Positions 51,673-62,594 of a stretch of 64,000 bases of DNA are shown in pieces; the first letter of the stretch is position 1; each line of letters starts with the position of its first letter. Origin of the DNA: Planctomycetota bacterium (GTDB lineage Bacteria > Planctomycetota > UBA1135 > UBA2386); contig OZ245006.1 of NCBI GenBank assembly GCA_965223545.1, positions 4,576,001-4,640,000 on the forward strand. The letters run 5' to 3'. The notes under the pieces are model-generated. The model was not told where the DNA came from, searched no databases, and saw only the letters and a program-made list of their open reading frames with translations. A program made the position numbers and the translations under genes.

Positions 51673-52484
51673 ATGAACCCGAACCGCAAACAGCCGGCGG
51701 TGATTGCCGTGGTCCTCGCGCTGGCGATCGCCGTCTACTTCGCGGTAGGGCGGACCGGAGCACCGTCGATGACGACCGGCGAGCCGGCGGCGGACGAAGG
51801 AGTCGCCATGGGAGTTGCGAGCGGGCAGCCAACCGGCCGCCCGAGCACTGCGCCGTTGGAACGGGCCATGGTCCCGGTGCAACCGCAGGCCGACGAGAAC
51901 ACGGCACGGCCGGTTGGACCGAGTTTCTGGCCGGGGGTCACGCTCGACGTGCTCGACGCGCACACACGCGCGCCGCTCGCCGAGTTCCACTACCGCCGCA
52001 AGGAGCCGCTGCCGGGTCAGAAGCAGATCGACGGGGCCATGGCCGACACCGAGGAGCCCGGCCGTTTCCGTTTTCGAACCACACCCGGTGAGGTGTCGAT
52101 CTGGCCGCGCGGCCAGGGCACGCTCGGCTTCGGCCAGGCTTGGATGGACGTCGATCTCGTCGCGGGCCTCCAGACCGTGCGACTCGTGCTCAAGCCTGCG
52201 TGCCTGATCCGTTTCGAGTCCGCGTCGACGGTGCCCCAGCACGGCTGTCGGACGAGATCGGGGACTGGTTGCGGTACGGCACGATCAAGGGGATCCGCGG
52301 CGTTGGTCACGAGGGGCGATCGCTGGGCGGCACGCAGGAGCGATTCGAGGTGAGCGCGCCCGGGGTGTACGAAATCGACTTCGACGGGCTCACCAAGGAC
52401 CGCTTCCGATGGATTCCGGCGCAGCTCGCTTCGGTGCGCGCCGGCGAAACCACGAGCGTGGTCGTCGAACTGCACAGGAAGTAG
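51673..52484 (+). pseudogene. Frameshifted membrane-anchored carboxypeptidase-regulatory-like protein
   Basis: TM AVIAVVLALAIAVYFAV; V.DA.T.APL..F; frame switch near 52215 (LIRF / RVRVDG...VRAGETTSVVVEL). Confidence 0.6.
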
Positions 52485-52782
52485 GCAGTCCCTCGGCAAT
52501 CACCACTGCCCCCCGGCCGGTGGAGGGCGCCGCCGGCCGCTCTGCCCGAATTCGGCCGCACGCTGTGCGCGCAGAGCACCGGGCGGCAAGAGCCGGATCT
52601 GTGCCGAGGCGCGCGGATCGCGTAGACGGTGTACTTCGGGCCGCAAGCCCCGCGGGCCCAGACCCGGCTCTTCTCCGCTGCGTCAGAATCCACCCCATCG
52701 CGTCCTCTGCGCGCGCCCGTTTGCGCATGGGGTGTGGGTGGTCACAGACGGCCGCCATTCACCCCTAACGACGAGGCTACCG

Positions 52783-55059
52783 ATGCAGCTCGTGGATCGT
52801 GTCTACCCAACCGTTGTCGTCGCTGCTGTCGCCCTGAGCGCGACCCTGGCGGCGTTCCCCCAGCAGCCGCCTGTCGACCGTTCCTCGGGCGAAGCGCTCG
52901 ATCGTCCGATCCCGATGAACGCGTTCTCGGTGCCAATCCACACGGCGGAGGCAGACAAGGGGCTGGAGTACGGCATCTGGGCGTCCGGCCCGGACTACAA
53001 GGTGTCGTTTCACGACGGGATGGCGTTCTACCCGATGTTGGGCAAGGACGCGCCGCGCAACCTACCGGTCCGCTGGGTGACGACCTCGGTGCGCGTTGGT
53101 GATCGCGAGCTCTTGCAAGACGCGCCGCGCACCGCGTACACCGATTGGCGTTTCGAGTTCCAACACGATGAGTTCACCGAGGCGTACGACGTGCGTGCCG
53201 ACGGTGTCGAGCAGACTTTCGTGCTGCATCGCCGCCCGGATGCGGTTGGCGACCTCGTCATTCGCGGACGTCTCGACACCGAGCTTCGTGCCGATCGCTT
53301 GCCCGCGCAGGTGAGTGATCTCGAGCTGCGCGACGACCGTGGCAACGCGGTGGTGCGCTACGGCCGAGCGCTGGCGTTTGACGATTCCGGAGCGACGCGC
53401 GACGTGTCGACGCAGTACGATGGCGACGCTGTTGAGCTGCGGCTGTCTCAGGAGTTCCTCGCCAATGCGACGTACCCGCTCACCGTCGATCCGCTCCTGA
53501 GCAATGCGATGGTTTCCCCTGGCGGAGGCACGATCTGGGGTGTCTCGATCGGCCGCAACGACAGCCACGATGAGCTCATGGTGGCCTTCCTTCGCGAGTT
53601 CTCATCCGGGGACGAAGACGTGTACGTTCACTTGCTGAAAGACAACTGGGCGTTCACGACACCGATCTTCACCGATGTCTCGACGCAGTGGGGGCATCGT
53701 TCCATTGATGTGGCCTACGTCGCCGGGGCGAAGCGCTGGGTGGTCGCCTACAACCGGACGTTTCAGTTCTCCAGCAGCGAGATGCGCGTGCACTACCACG
53801 ACGGCGGCGATTTCTCGATGAGCACCGTGCTGCAGTTCCTCACCAATGCTGACTTCGCCGACGACATCGCTGTGGGAGGTGCGACCGATCCGTCTTCCGT
53901 CGAGGCGTTGATCGTCTACCGCAAGGACGTCGGTCAGATCAACGGCCCGAACTCCGCTGTCCGCGGTTTCATCGTCGACGCAGCAACGTACTCGAAGCTG
54001 TCGGATTTCCAGATCAGCAATCAGAGCACTATCCACGATGCCGAGGCTTGCCAGGTCGTCGAACGCAGGCAGCTGGGCAGCGTTCCATGGCTCGTGACCT
54101 TCCACGAGTCTGAGAGGATCTATAACCCGGGCGATGACTGGGATCTCTACGTCACCCGCGTCTGGGACGATGGCCGGAGGGATAGAGTCGTGGAGATCGG
54201 TGACTCCAACATCGTGAACCACAGCGTCAGGCCGTTTATCGACGGCGGCCACGATCGCGCGATCGTCGCCTATCACGGGCTTCTCAATACGACGCCGGGC
54301 CCCGCCCCAACGTTCACCAGGCAGATCATGGTCCAGCGCGTGGATTGGTCGCTGTCGGCCAACTGGCCGGTCGTCACTTCTCCTGAGGAGATCATTCGGT
54401 CCTCGGAGTTTCTGGCGATTGGTGGAATCGCGTACGACAACCAAACCAGAAGCCACTGGACGGTTGTCGTGGCGCAAGTCTCGGGTCCCTCACAGATCGA
54501 GGTGCTCCGCCTCGGCCACGACAGTCGCGTTGCCGAGTCGGCAACCATCAGCGGTGGTACCGGCTACCAGTGGACGGCCGTGACGTTCGACGACGACGCC
54601 AAGGAGTACTCGATTGCATTCCACAGCGGCGGCAACGTCCTGGGAACCAAGCTCGCCTATCCCCAAGGTGCCGGCACCACCTACATCGGTACCGCCTGTG
54701 GGAGCGCGACGATCAGTCCGCGCGGCACGTCGCACGCGTATCTGCCGTGGTCGGGTACGTCGAACTTCGGCGTGGCACTCTACGGCGCGCCAACCGCCAC
54801 CTCGGCCGTCCTGATGCTGGCCGGCGGCACCAGCTCGATCCCGTTGGGGACGCTGGGGTTGCCCGGCTGCACCGTCTACCTCGACCCCGCGCAGCTGGCT
54901 GGCAGCATCGCGGTGCAGCTGACGAGCTCCTTCTACGACTTGCCGATGAAGATCCCGAGTGGCCCAACCGGCGACATCTACATGCAGTGGGTGTATCTCA
55001 ACCCCGGGGCGGTCGGTGGCATCGAGTTGACGCGTGGAATGAGTGTTGCTGTGCGTTAG
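52783..55059 (+). CDS. Large secreted protein with beta-propeller-like middle and shared C-terminal domain
   Basis: Signal-like hydrophobic N-terminus; N-domain EAYDV..DGVEQTF...YG.A.A.D..G...A.YPL.VDP; beta-rich middle. Confidence 0.85.
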   Translation: MQLVDRVYPTVVVAAVALSATLAAFPQQPPVDRSSGEALDRPIPMNAFSVPIHTAEADKGLEYGIWASGPDYKVSFHDGMAFYPMLGKDAPRNLPVRWVTTSVRVGDRELLQDAPRTAYTDWRFEFQHDEFTEAYDVRADGVEQTFVLHRRPDAVGDLVIRGRLDTELRADRLPAQVSDLELRDDRGNAVVRYGRALAFDDSGATRDVSTQYDGDAVELRLSQEFLANATYPLTVDPLLSNAMVSPGGGTIWGVSIGRNDSHDELMVAFLREFSSGDEDVYVHLLKDNWAFTTPIFTDVSTQWGHRSIDVAYVAGAKRWVVAYNRTFQFSSSEMRVHYHDGGDFSMSTVLQFLTNADFADDIAVGGATDPSSVEALIVYRKDVGQINGPNSAVRGFIVDAATYSKLSDFQISNQSTIHDAEACQVVERRQLGSVPWLVTFHESERIYNPGDDWDLYVTRVWDDGRRDRVVEIGDSNIVNHSVRPFIDGGHDRAIVAYHGLLNTTPGPAPTFTRQIMVQRVDWSLSANWPVVTSPEEIIRSSEFLAIGGIAYDNQTRSHWTVVVAQVSGPSQIEVLRLGHDSRVAESATISGGTGYQWTAVTFDDDAKEYSIAFHSGGNVLGTKLAYPQGAGTTYIGTACGSATISPRGTSHAYLPWSGTSNFGVALYGAPTATSAVLMLAGGTSSIPLGTLGLPGCTVYLDPAQLAGSIAVQLTSSFYDLPMKIPSGPTGDIYMQWVYLNPGAVGGIELTRGMSVAVR

Positions 55060-55502
55060 CGCGCGACTGGTCGCTGACGCGGGCGATTCAGCCCTTTACG
55101 CGACCAGGTTCCGAAGGCATTCGGCAGCGCTGAAGTCGCGGTCGCCGAGGTGGAAGGCCGTGACCATACGCGCCCACTCGAGCTCGCTGGGCGGCGGAGG
55201 CTCGAGATCGGTGCAAGCAGGCGAGCTGCGACGGCACTGGGCGGGTTGGCGCCGAAGGATCAAGCGGAATCAGCGGCACCTCGCCGCCCGCGCTGGCGCT
55301 CGAGAGGGCGCTGGGCCAGACCCTGCGGCGGTACGAGGCGCTGCGCACGACCTTCGAGCAGGGTGACGACCCGCCTGATAGGGAGGCGGAGCCGCGCGAG
55401 GTCGTACACCCGCCGGACGACTTCGCGCTGCGCGTCGAGCGGGGGATTCCATGGCCCCATGACCCGCGAGGGGCAGCGCTCACGCGGGTCCGAGCACTCG
55501 CG

Positions 55503-58500
55503 TCAGCGGCGCAGCAGCGTCTCGACACGTTGTCTCTCGTACGGCGTGAAGTCGCGGAAACACAGCACCTCCGCCAACGCCTCCAGCTCGTCGTCGTCGA
55601 TGGGCCAGATCCGAACCGCGCGATCGGAGCCCGCCGTCAACACGCCCTTGCCGTCGGGGGAGAACGCAGCCCAGGTCACGATGCCTCCGTGCGGCAGGTC
55701 GATGAACGGCCCGCCCTCACGGGTGAACACGCGGGCACGACCGTCCGCGCCGGCCGTCACGAACCGCCGACCGTCGGGGGAGAACGCCACGCACTCGATC
55801 CGGCTCTCGTGCGCTGCTTCTTGCCGTTCGATCGTCCCATCGGTCCGCAGCAGCCAGAACGAGCCGCCGACTCCAGCGGCCAGCAAGCGTTGTGGATCGA
55901 ACGGATCGACGTCGAGACCCAGCAGGTACTCCACGGAGTCCTCGGTGTCGAGTTGGCGATGGCTGCCAGCCTCGAGTCGACGGATCCCGTGCTTCTCTGC
56001 CAGGAACGACACTCCATCGGGACCCGTGGCGACGGCCGCACCCCCGGTGGTGAGAGGCACGGTCCACAGCACGCGTCCGTCCGCCGCGTAGCAGGTGACG
56101 CCGGCTGTGTAGTACGGCACGATGAGCTCACCGCTCGGGGAGAAACCGATCGCGTATGCCCGTCGGCCGGCTCCGTCGAGGACCGGTAGCTCGGCGAAGG
56201 GCTCGGGGTCTCCTGGCCGGCATCGGAAATGGCGCATCGGCGAGAGCGCGCCACAGGTTGCGAGGCGCACGCTGCCGTCCGGGAGCCGCTGCGGGGAGAC
56301 GGCGATGCGCAGGGCCCCGCCGGCTCCCCCGCGGAGTTCAGGGAGGGGTACCTCGCCGACGATCGCTCCGGTCTCGGTGTCCCAGAGGCTCAGGGTGTTC
56401 GGCGCGGCAGCGCAGACGACGTAGCGCTCGTCGATCCAGGCCGCGCACCACACGTACCGCTGGGCCGGGCGAAGCACCGGGAAACCGGGCACCATCGTCT
56501 TCCAGCGTCGCACCGTGTCGTGACCTGCGCTCAAGAGCTCTTGGCCGGATGCGGAGAAGGCGATGTGCGAGGGGGTTCCGCTGTGGCCGCGCAGGACCGA
56601 GCGAACTTCACCGTTGAGACCGAGGACGTGGATTGGTCCCTGGTGAAACGCCGCGACGAGGGATCCGTCGTCGGGCGCGAACGCACAGGACTCCGGGTTG
56701 CTCTCGCCGAGGTGGGACCACTCGGGGCGGGCTTGGTTCGTCGCCCATAGGCGGACTCTGCGATCGAGGGAGCCGACGAGCAATCGAGTGCCCTTGTCGT
56801 CCATCGCGAGACAAGTGATCGTGTGCGCTAGCTGCTTGGGCTCGGCGATCGACTCGAGTGACTCGGTGTCGAGGACCTCGATCGATCGGTCCAACAGCCC
56901 CAGCGCAAGCCGTCTTCCGTCGCGTGACAGCGCACTTCTCAAAACCTGTGTCGTGGCTCCTACGCCGCGCGAGAGCATGACGACCGCGGCGTCTGCACGG
57001 AGTTGTCTCTGAATGGCTCCGGTGGCGTCCTCGCGCGTCGCGTCGCGTCGTACCGGCGCGCGGGCAAGCAGCCTGGATCCCGAAGCCGCGTTCGTGACGA
57101 CGACCGATCCGTCGGTCGCCACCGACAGCAGCTTGTCGGCCTCGGCCAACACATACAGGGCGAGCACCTGGGCGCTATCGTCGTGCGCGGGAGCGCTCCA
57201 CAGCATTGTTCCGCTGGCCGAGACGGCATGGACACGCCCCGACGCATCTCCCCAGAAGAGCCGTCCCGCCAGATCGAAAACCGGGCGTGTGCGCATGCCA
57301 GCTTGCGCCTGTTGCGAAGCATCGTCGCCCGCAGCGTCTTCTCCTGGGAGCTTCGTCGGGAGGTCGAGCTGCTCGCCGGAGGCCGCCGAGTACAGACGTG
57401 GCCACTGCCCGGGGTTTCCCACAACGAACCGTGTGCCGTCCGGTGACCAGGTGGCGAAACGACCGTTCCCCCGGAGAACGCGACCCCAGGTACCCGCGGT
57501 CGACGTGAGCGACTCCGATGGCCCCCAGACGCCGCACAGCAGCGTGCCTTCGTCGGTCGGCGACGGTGCCGCCCACCAAGCAATGTCACCGGTCCGGACT
57601 TCGTCTGTCTGGTGCATCCGCTGCAAGGCAGCGACGAGGCGCGTACGCGTCGCGTAATTCCGAGCGCGGTCGAAAGCGTCCCTGGCCAGCAGCGCTCCGA
57701 ACACCGGATCGCCACCGGACAGCTCGTGCATCGCGCTGACCTCCAGCTGCGCGGCGATGTCCGCGGCCTCTCGCTCCACCGAGACCAGCCGCGCGAGCAA
57801 GGCGAGAAGAAGCAGGACCGCGGCGACCGACGTCGCGACGATGGGATGCCGGCGCGCCAACACAGCGCTGTGCCGCAGCGGCCCGGGAGCGCGGGCCGTG
57901 ACGTGCTGGCCGCGCGTAGCGCGCTCGAGATCGTCGGCCAGGGCTCCCGCGTCGGCGTAGCGCCGCGCTGGGACCTTCTCGAGGCACCGGTGCACGACCA
58001 GCGCCAGCGTGCGCGGGACCTCTGGGTTGTGCCGCCGCACCGGCGTCGGCTCGTCGCCGAGGATCCTGCGGTACAGGTTCTCGCGGTGTACGGCCTCGAA
58101 CGGGGGCCGCAGCGCCAGGCACTCGTACAAGGTGGCGCCGAGCGACCAAACGTCGGCACGCGGCGTGACCCGCGCGTCGCCGCGCACTTGCTCGGGGGGC
58201 ATGTAAGCCGGCGTGCCGAGGGCCGAGCCGGTGCGCGTCAGGCTGGCCGCGGCGTCGCTCCAGGCCAGGCCGAAGTCGAACAGCACCGGTGCGCCGCACT
58301 CGCGCAGCATCACGTTGGCGGGCTTGACATCGCGGTGCACAACGCCCTCGGCGTGCAGCCGCGCCAGGCCGCGCGCGATCTCCGCGACCCAGCGGGTCGC
58401 CGCGCGCCAATTCGGCGCGTCGGCAGCGACGTGGCGCCGCGCTCGCGCGAGCCGGTCGGTCAAAGTCTCGCCGGCCAGCAGCTCCATCGCCAGAAACGGC

Positions 58501-58955
58501 GTGCCGTCGACCGCGCCGATCTCGTGAACGCGGCACAGCGCCGCGTGCCGGTGACGCGCCAGCACCTCCGCCTCGTGGCGAAACCGCCGCTCGGCCGCGG
58601 CACTCTCGATCAGCTCGGGACGCAGCACCTTCAGGGCGACCGGCTCGTCCGTCCGGCGGTCCACGGCGCGGAACACCACGCCCATCGCTCCGGCCCCGAG
58701 GAGCTCGTCGAGGCCGTAGTTTCCGAACTGGCTGCCGCTCCGCAGCGCCACCGCAGGAGCGTCGTCCGGGGCAACGCCGAGCCGCTGCAAGTAGCGGAAC
58801 CGCTGCCGCAAACCCCGGGCCCGCTCCGGGTGCTCTCGACACACTCTGTTGAGCGCGCCGCTCCACTCGGCTTCGGGCGCCGACAGCACTCGGTCGAGGA
58901 GCCGGTCGAGTTCGTCCTCGAACGAAGGCGACGGTACGGCGTCCGGCATGGGCAC
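55503..58955 (-). CDS. Ser/Thr kinase with TM and WD40 repeats
   Basis: LGAGAMGVVF, HRDVKPANVM, DFGLA, GTPAYMPPEQ; FSPDG...TAG.D...R.W repeats. Confidence 0.95.
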   Translation of the reverse strand: MPMPDAVPSPSFEDELDRLLDRVLSAPEAEWSGALNRVCREHPERARGLRQRFRYLQRLGVAPDDAPAVALRSGSQFGNYGLDELLGAGAMGVVFRAVDRRTDEPVALKVLRPELIESAAAERRFRHEAEVLARHRHAALCRVHEIGAVDGTPFLAMELLAGETLTDRLARARRHVAADAPNWRAATRWVAEIARGLARLHAEGVVHRDVKPANVMLRECGAPVLFDFGLAWSDAAASLTRTGSALGTPAYMPPEQVRGDARVTPRADVWSLGATLYECLALRPPFEAVHRENLYRRILGDEPTPVRRHNPEVPRTLALVVHRCLEKVPARRYADAGALADDLERATRGQHVTARAPGPLRHSAVLARRHPIVATSVAAVLLLLALLARLVSVEREAADIAAQLEVSAMHELSGGDPVFGALLARDAFDRARNYATRTRLVAALQRMHQTDEVRTGDIAWWAAPSPTDEGTLLCGVWGPSESLTSTAGTWGRVLRGNGRFATWSPDGTRFVVGNPGQWPRLYSAASGEQLDLPTKLPGEDAAGDDASQQAQAGMRTRPVFDLAGRLFWGDASGRVHAVSASGTMLWSAPAHDDSAQVLALYVLAEADKLLSVATDGSVVVTNAASGSRLLARAPVRRDATREDATGAIQRQLRADAAVVMLSRGVGATTQVLRSALSRDGRRLALGLLDRSIEVLDTESLESIAEPKQLAHTITCLAMDDKGTRLLVGSLDRRVRLWATNQARPEWSHLGESNPESCAFAPDDGSLVAAFHQGPIHVLGLNGEVRSVLRGHSGTPSHIAFSASGQELLSAGHDTVRRWKTMVPGFPVLRPAQRYVWCAAWIDERYVVCAAAPNTLSLWDTETGAIVGEVPLPELRGGAGGALRIAVSPQRLPDGSVRLATCGALSPMRHFRCRPGDPEPFAELPVLDGAGRRAYAIGFSPSGELIVPYYTAGVTCYAADGRVLWTVPLTTGGAAVATGPDGVSFLAEKHGIRRLEAGSHRQLDTEDSVEYLLGLDVDPFDPQRLLAAGVGGSFWLLRTDGTIERQEAAHESRIECVAFSPDGRRFVTAGADGRARVFTREGGPFIDLPHGGIVTWAAFSPDGKGVLTAGSDRAVRIWPIDDDELEALAEVLCFRDFTPYERQRVETLLRR

Positions 58956-58974
58956 GAAGATAGGCGCTGGATCG

Positions 58975-60432
58975 TCAGAGGATGGTCACCCTCAGGCCCT
59001 CGGTGGCGTGCACGCCGGTGCCGGCGAGGTGGAGGGACTGCAGGAAGAGGGCGGCCCCCAGGGGGGCAGAAGCAGGGAGCGGGAAGCTCAGCACGCTGCG
59101 CCCGCTGCCTGGTTGCAACATCATGGGGAGGGACAGCAGAGCCGCGGGATTGAGCAGGAGGCTGACGCCGAGGCTCGGGATCGGGATCGGTTGCGCGGCC
59201 TTGGCCACGCCAGCGAAGCACACGCTCAGCGCTGGCGACGTCGCCGGCGCCGGCCACGCGACGTCGACGAAAAAGGCCGCGTTGCCCGCGCGCGGCAGGC
59301 GATCCGGGTGAGGGGAGGTGGACCAGCGGTAGGTGGGGCTCGGGCCCGAAGGCGTGCCACACCGCACGGGGGCAGGCGCCACAGCGATGCCGGACAACGG
59401 CCCGCGGGCCCCGCACAGAGTGAGGTTTGCCAGCGGCGTGATGGCGCCGGTCGCCTGCTCGAACCAGTGTACGCCACCCGTCGCCGTGCTGGCGAGCAGG
59501 CGGCTGCCCGCCAACGCCAGCGCGCCGGTCGTCGGCTCGACGGCGACTGCGCAGACGTTCGCCCAGGTCGTGCTCAGCGCCGTGGTGGCGAACGGTGGAT
59601 CCGGGTCGACGCGCAGGAGTGAGGGCAGTCCCGCTCCATTGAGCTGCACCGAACTCACGATCACGTTGCCGTCGGATTCGACCGCGAGATTCCGGCACGC
59701 GCCACTCATCCCTGGCAACATCGTGCTGACCTGCGCCGGGGCCTGAAGCGGGAAGCGGTACAGCGCACTGCTCGTTGGCGTTTCGACCCCGAGATAGGCC
59801 ATCCCCGATACACGGTCGTAGGCCACGGCTCGGACGGCACCGGTGGGGTTCCAGCCACCGAAACTCAGAGGCGTCACAGCGCCCGTGGTCAGGTTCGTGG
59901 TGAACACCTGGACCCACGTGGTCGGCCCGGTGCCAGCGGGCAGCCCTGCGAGGTTGTTGGCCGCCACCAGCACCACGTCGGGCTGGACGAACGCGAACTG
60001 CAAGATCGCGCCGCCCGGGTTGCGCGCCCTGCCCAGGGGGATCGTGCGCACGACAGTGCCGGCCGTCCCGGTGAGTGACACGACGTGGAGGCTGATCGGC
60101 TGTCTGGCCGGCGCGGTCGTTCCCACGACCAGGTGGCCGGTGGACGGATCGAGGACGATCCCCGAAGCGCCCAAGGACCCGGAGCCGCCGTAGCCGGCGC
60201 CGGTGAGGGCGGCCGGCAGGCCGGTGACGCAGAGCAGCGACCCCGGCCGGCGGGGGTGCGCGAGGTAGATGCCCCCATCGCCCGTGAACACAGACGCGGG
60301 CTGGCGCCATGAGCTGACCGCGTAGTACCCGTCCGGCACCTGCGACGAGGCAGGTGCCGCCAGGGCGGCGGCGGTCACGACGAGGGAGACGAGGCCTGCG
60401 TTGCGGAGGCTCGGGATCGACTGCGAGTTCAT
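58975..60432 (-). CDS. Secreted beta-propeller-like protein with shared C-terminal domain
   Basis: Signal peptide MNSQSIPSLRNAGLVSLVVTAAALAAPASSQ; repeated [GA]IV[LV][DE]P.TG.L. Confidence 0.82.
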   Translation of the reverse strand: MNSQSIPSLRNAGLVSLVVTAAALAAPASSQVPDGYYAVSSWRQPASVFTGDGGIYLAHPRRPGSLLCVTGLPAALTGAGYGGSGSLGASGIVLDPSTGHLVVGTTAPARQPISLHVVSLTGTAGTVVRTIPLGRARNPGGAILQFAFVQPDVVLVAANNLAGLPAGTGPTTWVQVFTTNLTTGAVTPLSFGGWNPTGAVRAVAYDRVSGMAYLGVETPTSSALYRFPLQAPAQVSTMLPGMSGACRNLAVESDGNVIVSSVQLNGAGLPSLLRVDPDPPFATTALSTTWANVCAVAVEPTTGALALAGSRLLASTATGGVHWFEQATGAITPLANLTLCGARGPLSGIAVAPAPVRCGTPSGPSPTYRWSTSPHPDRLPRAGNAAFFVDVAWPAPATSPALSVCFAGVAKAAQPIPIPSLGVSLLLNPAALLSLPMMLQPGSGRSVLSFPLPASAPLGAALFLQSLHLAGTGVHATEGLRVTIL

Positions 60433-60535
60433 GTCGTCTTCCAGTTGAGAGAAGCGTTCCCCGTCTCGGACGGATTCCTCGCGGGCGGCGTAACGGCGCG
60501 CGATCGAGAAACCCGGATGCTGACGGCTACCTGGG

Positions 60536-61168
60536 TCAGGGCCGGCCAACGCCACCCTGATCGATCCGCTCGAGCTCGCGGGCCAGGTTGACCATCCCGC
60601 GCCGCAGCAGCATGCGGGACGCGGGCTCGGTACGACCAAGCGCTGCCGCAATCTCGCTGTGCGGCATGCCGAGGAGCCGCGCCATCGTGACCGCCTGCCT
60701 CTGGTCCTCGGGGAGCCTTTCGAGCGCGCGCTCGAGGATGCGCGCGTCCTCGGCGCGCATCGCTTGGGCGCTGGGCGTCGACAGCGCGCGGACGGCGGCC
60801 GCGAGGTCGAAGTCGCCCGCGACCGATGGCGATACGCCAGCCTCGCGGTGCACATCGCGCTTGCCGGCGCGGTGGTGCCGCTGCTTGTCGATGATCTTGT
60901 TGAGCGCTGCCCGCCGCAGCCACGCGCGGAAGCCAGCGCGGTCAGCGAAACTCTCGCGCCCGAGCTCGGGCAGCAGGTCCGCGGCCACGGACTGCGTGAC
61001 GTCGCTGACCGACTCGCGAGCCAGAACGTCACGGCCGACATTGAGGCGTACGAACACCGACAGCTCGGGCAGGTGAGCGGCGAGCAGCGTGCGCAGCGCG
61101 GCAACGTCGCCTTCCTGCGCGCGTCGGGCGAGGTCTTCGGGCCAGGGGACCGCCGGATCCTCCGTCAT
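60536..61168 (-). CDS. ECF sigma-70 factor (planctomycete type)
   Basis: ESVSDVTQ, FRAWL...ALNKI.D..R.H...KRD..RE, TPS, L..LPE.QR. Confidence 0.9.
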   Translation of the reverse strand: MTEDPAVPWPEDLARRAQEGDVAALRTLLAAHLPELSVFVRLNVGRDVLARESVSDVTQSVAADLLPELGRESFADRAGFRAWLRRAALNKIIDKQRHHRAGKRDVHREAGVSPSVAGDFDLAAAVRALSTPSAQAMRAEDARILERALERLPEDQRQAVTMARLLGMPHSEIAAALGRTEPASRMLLRRGMVNLARELERIDQGGVGRP

Positions 61169-61393
61169 GCCCCGCCAAGCATAGCACCGGCTTCGCGCAT
61201 TGCGCCGTGACGCCATCCGAGTGAAGCAGCAGATCTGACCTCCCCCGTTGAGTTGACACGGGGGGTCTCGCGGGACCCGGAGCAGACGAATGACAACGTA
61301 GACTCGCGGCAAAGCAGACGGCGATCGCGGTGAAACGGGCGAGTTTCCGAGCTGCGCGCAGACCCGATGCGCGCGGCGAGCGCGATCGCAGCA

Positions 61394-61637
61394 TCAGTCA
61401 CTGGAACTGGAGTTCCGGATCGGCGGGCTGCGAGCGGCCGCGATGAGCGGCGGCTCCACGGGCAGGCCGACGTGGCGCAAGATGCGGTCGAGGGCCACGG
61501 GGTCCGTGAGGAGGTCGAGGACCTGCGCGGTCCGCTGCAGTGCGGGCACAGCAGGACGTCCACCTTGAAGATCCGCAGCATGAGCTCGGCCCACGAGTAC
61601 CGCCGCTGCCCACGACGGCGTGGCGGCGGCTCAACAC
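61394..61637 (-). mobile_element. IS91-family (Y2/HUH) transposase C-terminal remnant, frameshifted
   Basis: SWAELMLRIFKVDVLLCPHCSGP then, in another frame, VLDLLTDPVALDRILRHVGLPVEPP.IAAARSPP. Confidence 0.8.
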
Positions 61638-61832
61638 CTGGAAGGAAGCCGCCGACCTGATCACCAACGGCGTCGATGGCGCGCCAAGACGGTGACCTAC
61701 TATTCGCCCGCCTGATGGACGGCGCCACCCAGGTCAAGTGCAGCGAGTTTGGCGAGGCGGTGATCGCCCACATGTAGCGGCGCGCGGCCGGGCCGCCCTA
61801 TACTCCGCGGCTCGATGTCCGACAATGCAAGC
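61638..61832 (+). repeat. Right copy of the direct repeat (attR-like), containing a decayed icd 3' fragment at 61638-61777
   Basis: Aligns to 49581-49790; the icd part has a 7-nt and a 1-nt deletion plus several substitutions. Confidence 0.92.
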
Positions 61833-62594
61833 GTGCGTCCGTCCTTCTCGCTGGCTGGTCGGGTGGCTTTGGTCACCGGCAACAGCACGGGGCTCGGGCG
61901 CGAGATGGGGTTGGTGCTCGGCCGGGCCGGCGCCAAGGTGCCGGTCAACTACCACAACAACACCGCGCGCGCCGAGGCCGCGTACGAGGAGTACCGGGCA
62001 GCCGGCATCGAGACGGTGCTGGTGCGTGCCGACGTGACGACGGAAGAGGGCGTGGAGGCGTTGTACGCCGAGACCGAGCGCGCTTTGGGCAAGGTCGACG
62101 TGGTGGTGCCCAACGCCACCTGCGAGCAGCCGCTCAAGCCGATCGAGGAGTACGACTGGGCGTTCTACCAGCGCATGCTCGACTTCTTCGTCAAGAGTCC
62201 GTTCTTGTTGACGCGGCGGGCGCTGCCGCACTTGAAGCAGCAGGGGTGGGGGCGCATCGTCAACATCGTCAGCGAGGTCTACCACCGCAGCGTGGCGCCG
62301 TTCAGCGCCTACGTCGCGGCCAAGGGCGGGCAGATCGGCTGGTCGCGCAGCATGGCGAGCGAGCTGGCGCCGTTCGGCATCACCGTCAACATGGTGGCGC
62401 CGGGGTGGATCCCGGTGGAGCGCCACGAGAGTGACCCGCAGGAGATGAAGGACGAGTACCGCGCGTTGATTCCGATGGGTCGGTGGGGAGTGCCCAGAGA
62501 CGTCGCCGACGCGGTGCTCTACCTGGCGAGCGACGAGGCCGGGTTCGTCACCGGGCAAACGATCTGCGTCAACGGCGGAATGACGCCGTGGTGA
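61815..62594 (+). CDS. SDR-family oxidoreductase (FabG-like)
   Basis: TGNSTGLG, YVAAK, VNMVAPG, FVTGQ.I.VNGG. Confidence 0.93.
   Translation: MSDNASVRPSFSLAGRVALVTGNSTGLGREMGLVLGRAGAKVPVNYHNNTARAEAAYEEYRAAGIETVLVRADVTTEEGVEALYAETERALGKVDVVVPNATCEQPLKPIEEYDWAFYQRMLDFFVKSPFLLTRRALPHLKQQGWGRIVNIVSEVYHRSVAPFSAYVAAKGGQIGWSRSMASELAPFGITVNMVAPGWIPVERHESDPQEMKDEYRALIPMGRWGVPRDVADAVLYLASDEAGFVTGQTICVNGGMTPW

Noticed and set aside
55088..55460. Possible gene remnant between the convergent island genes
   Set aside because: Short ORFs in several frames with no recognisable motif
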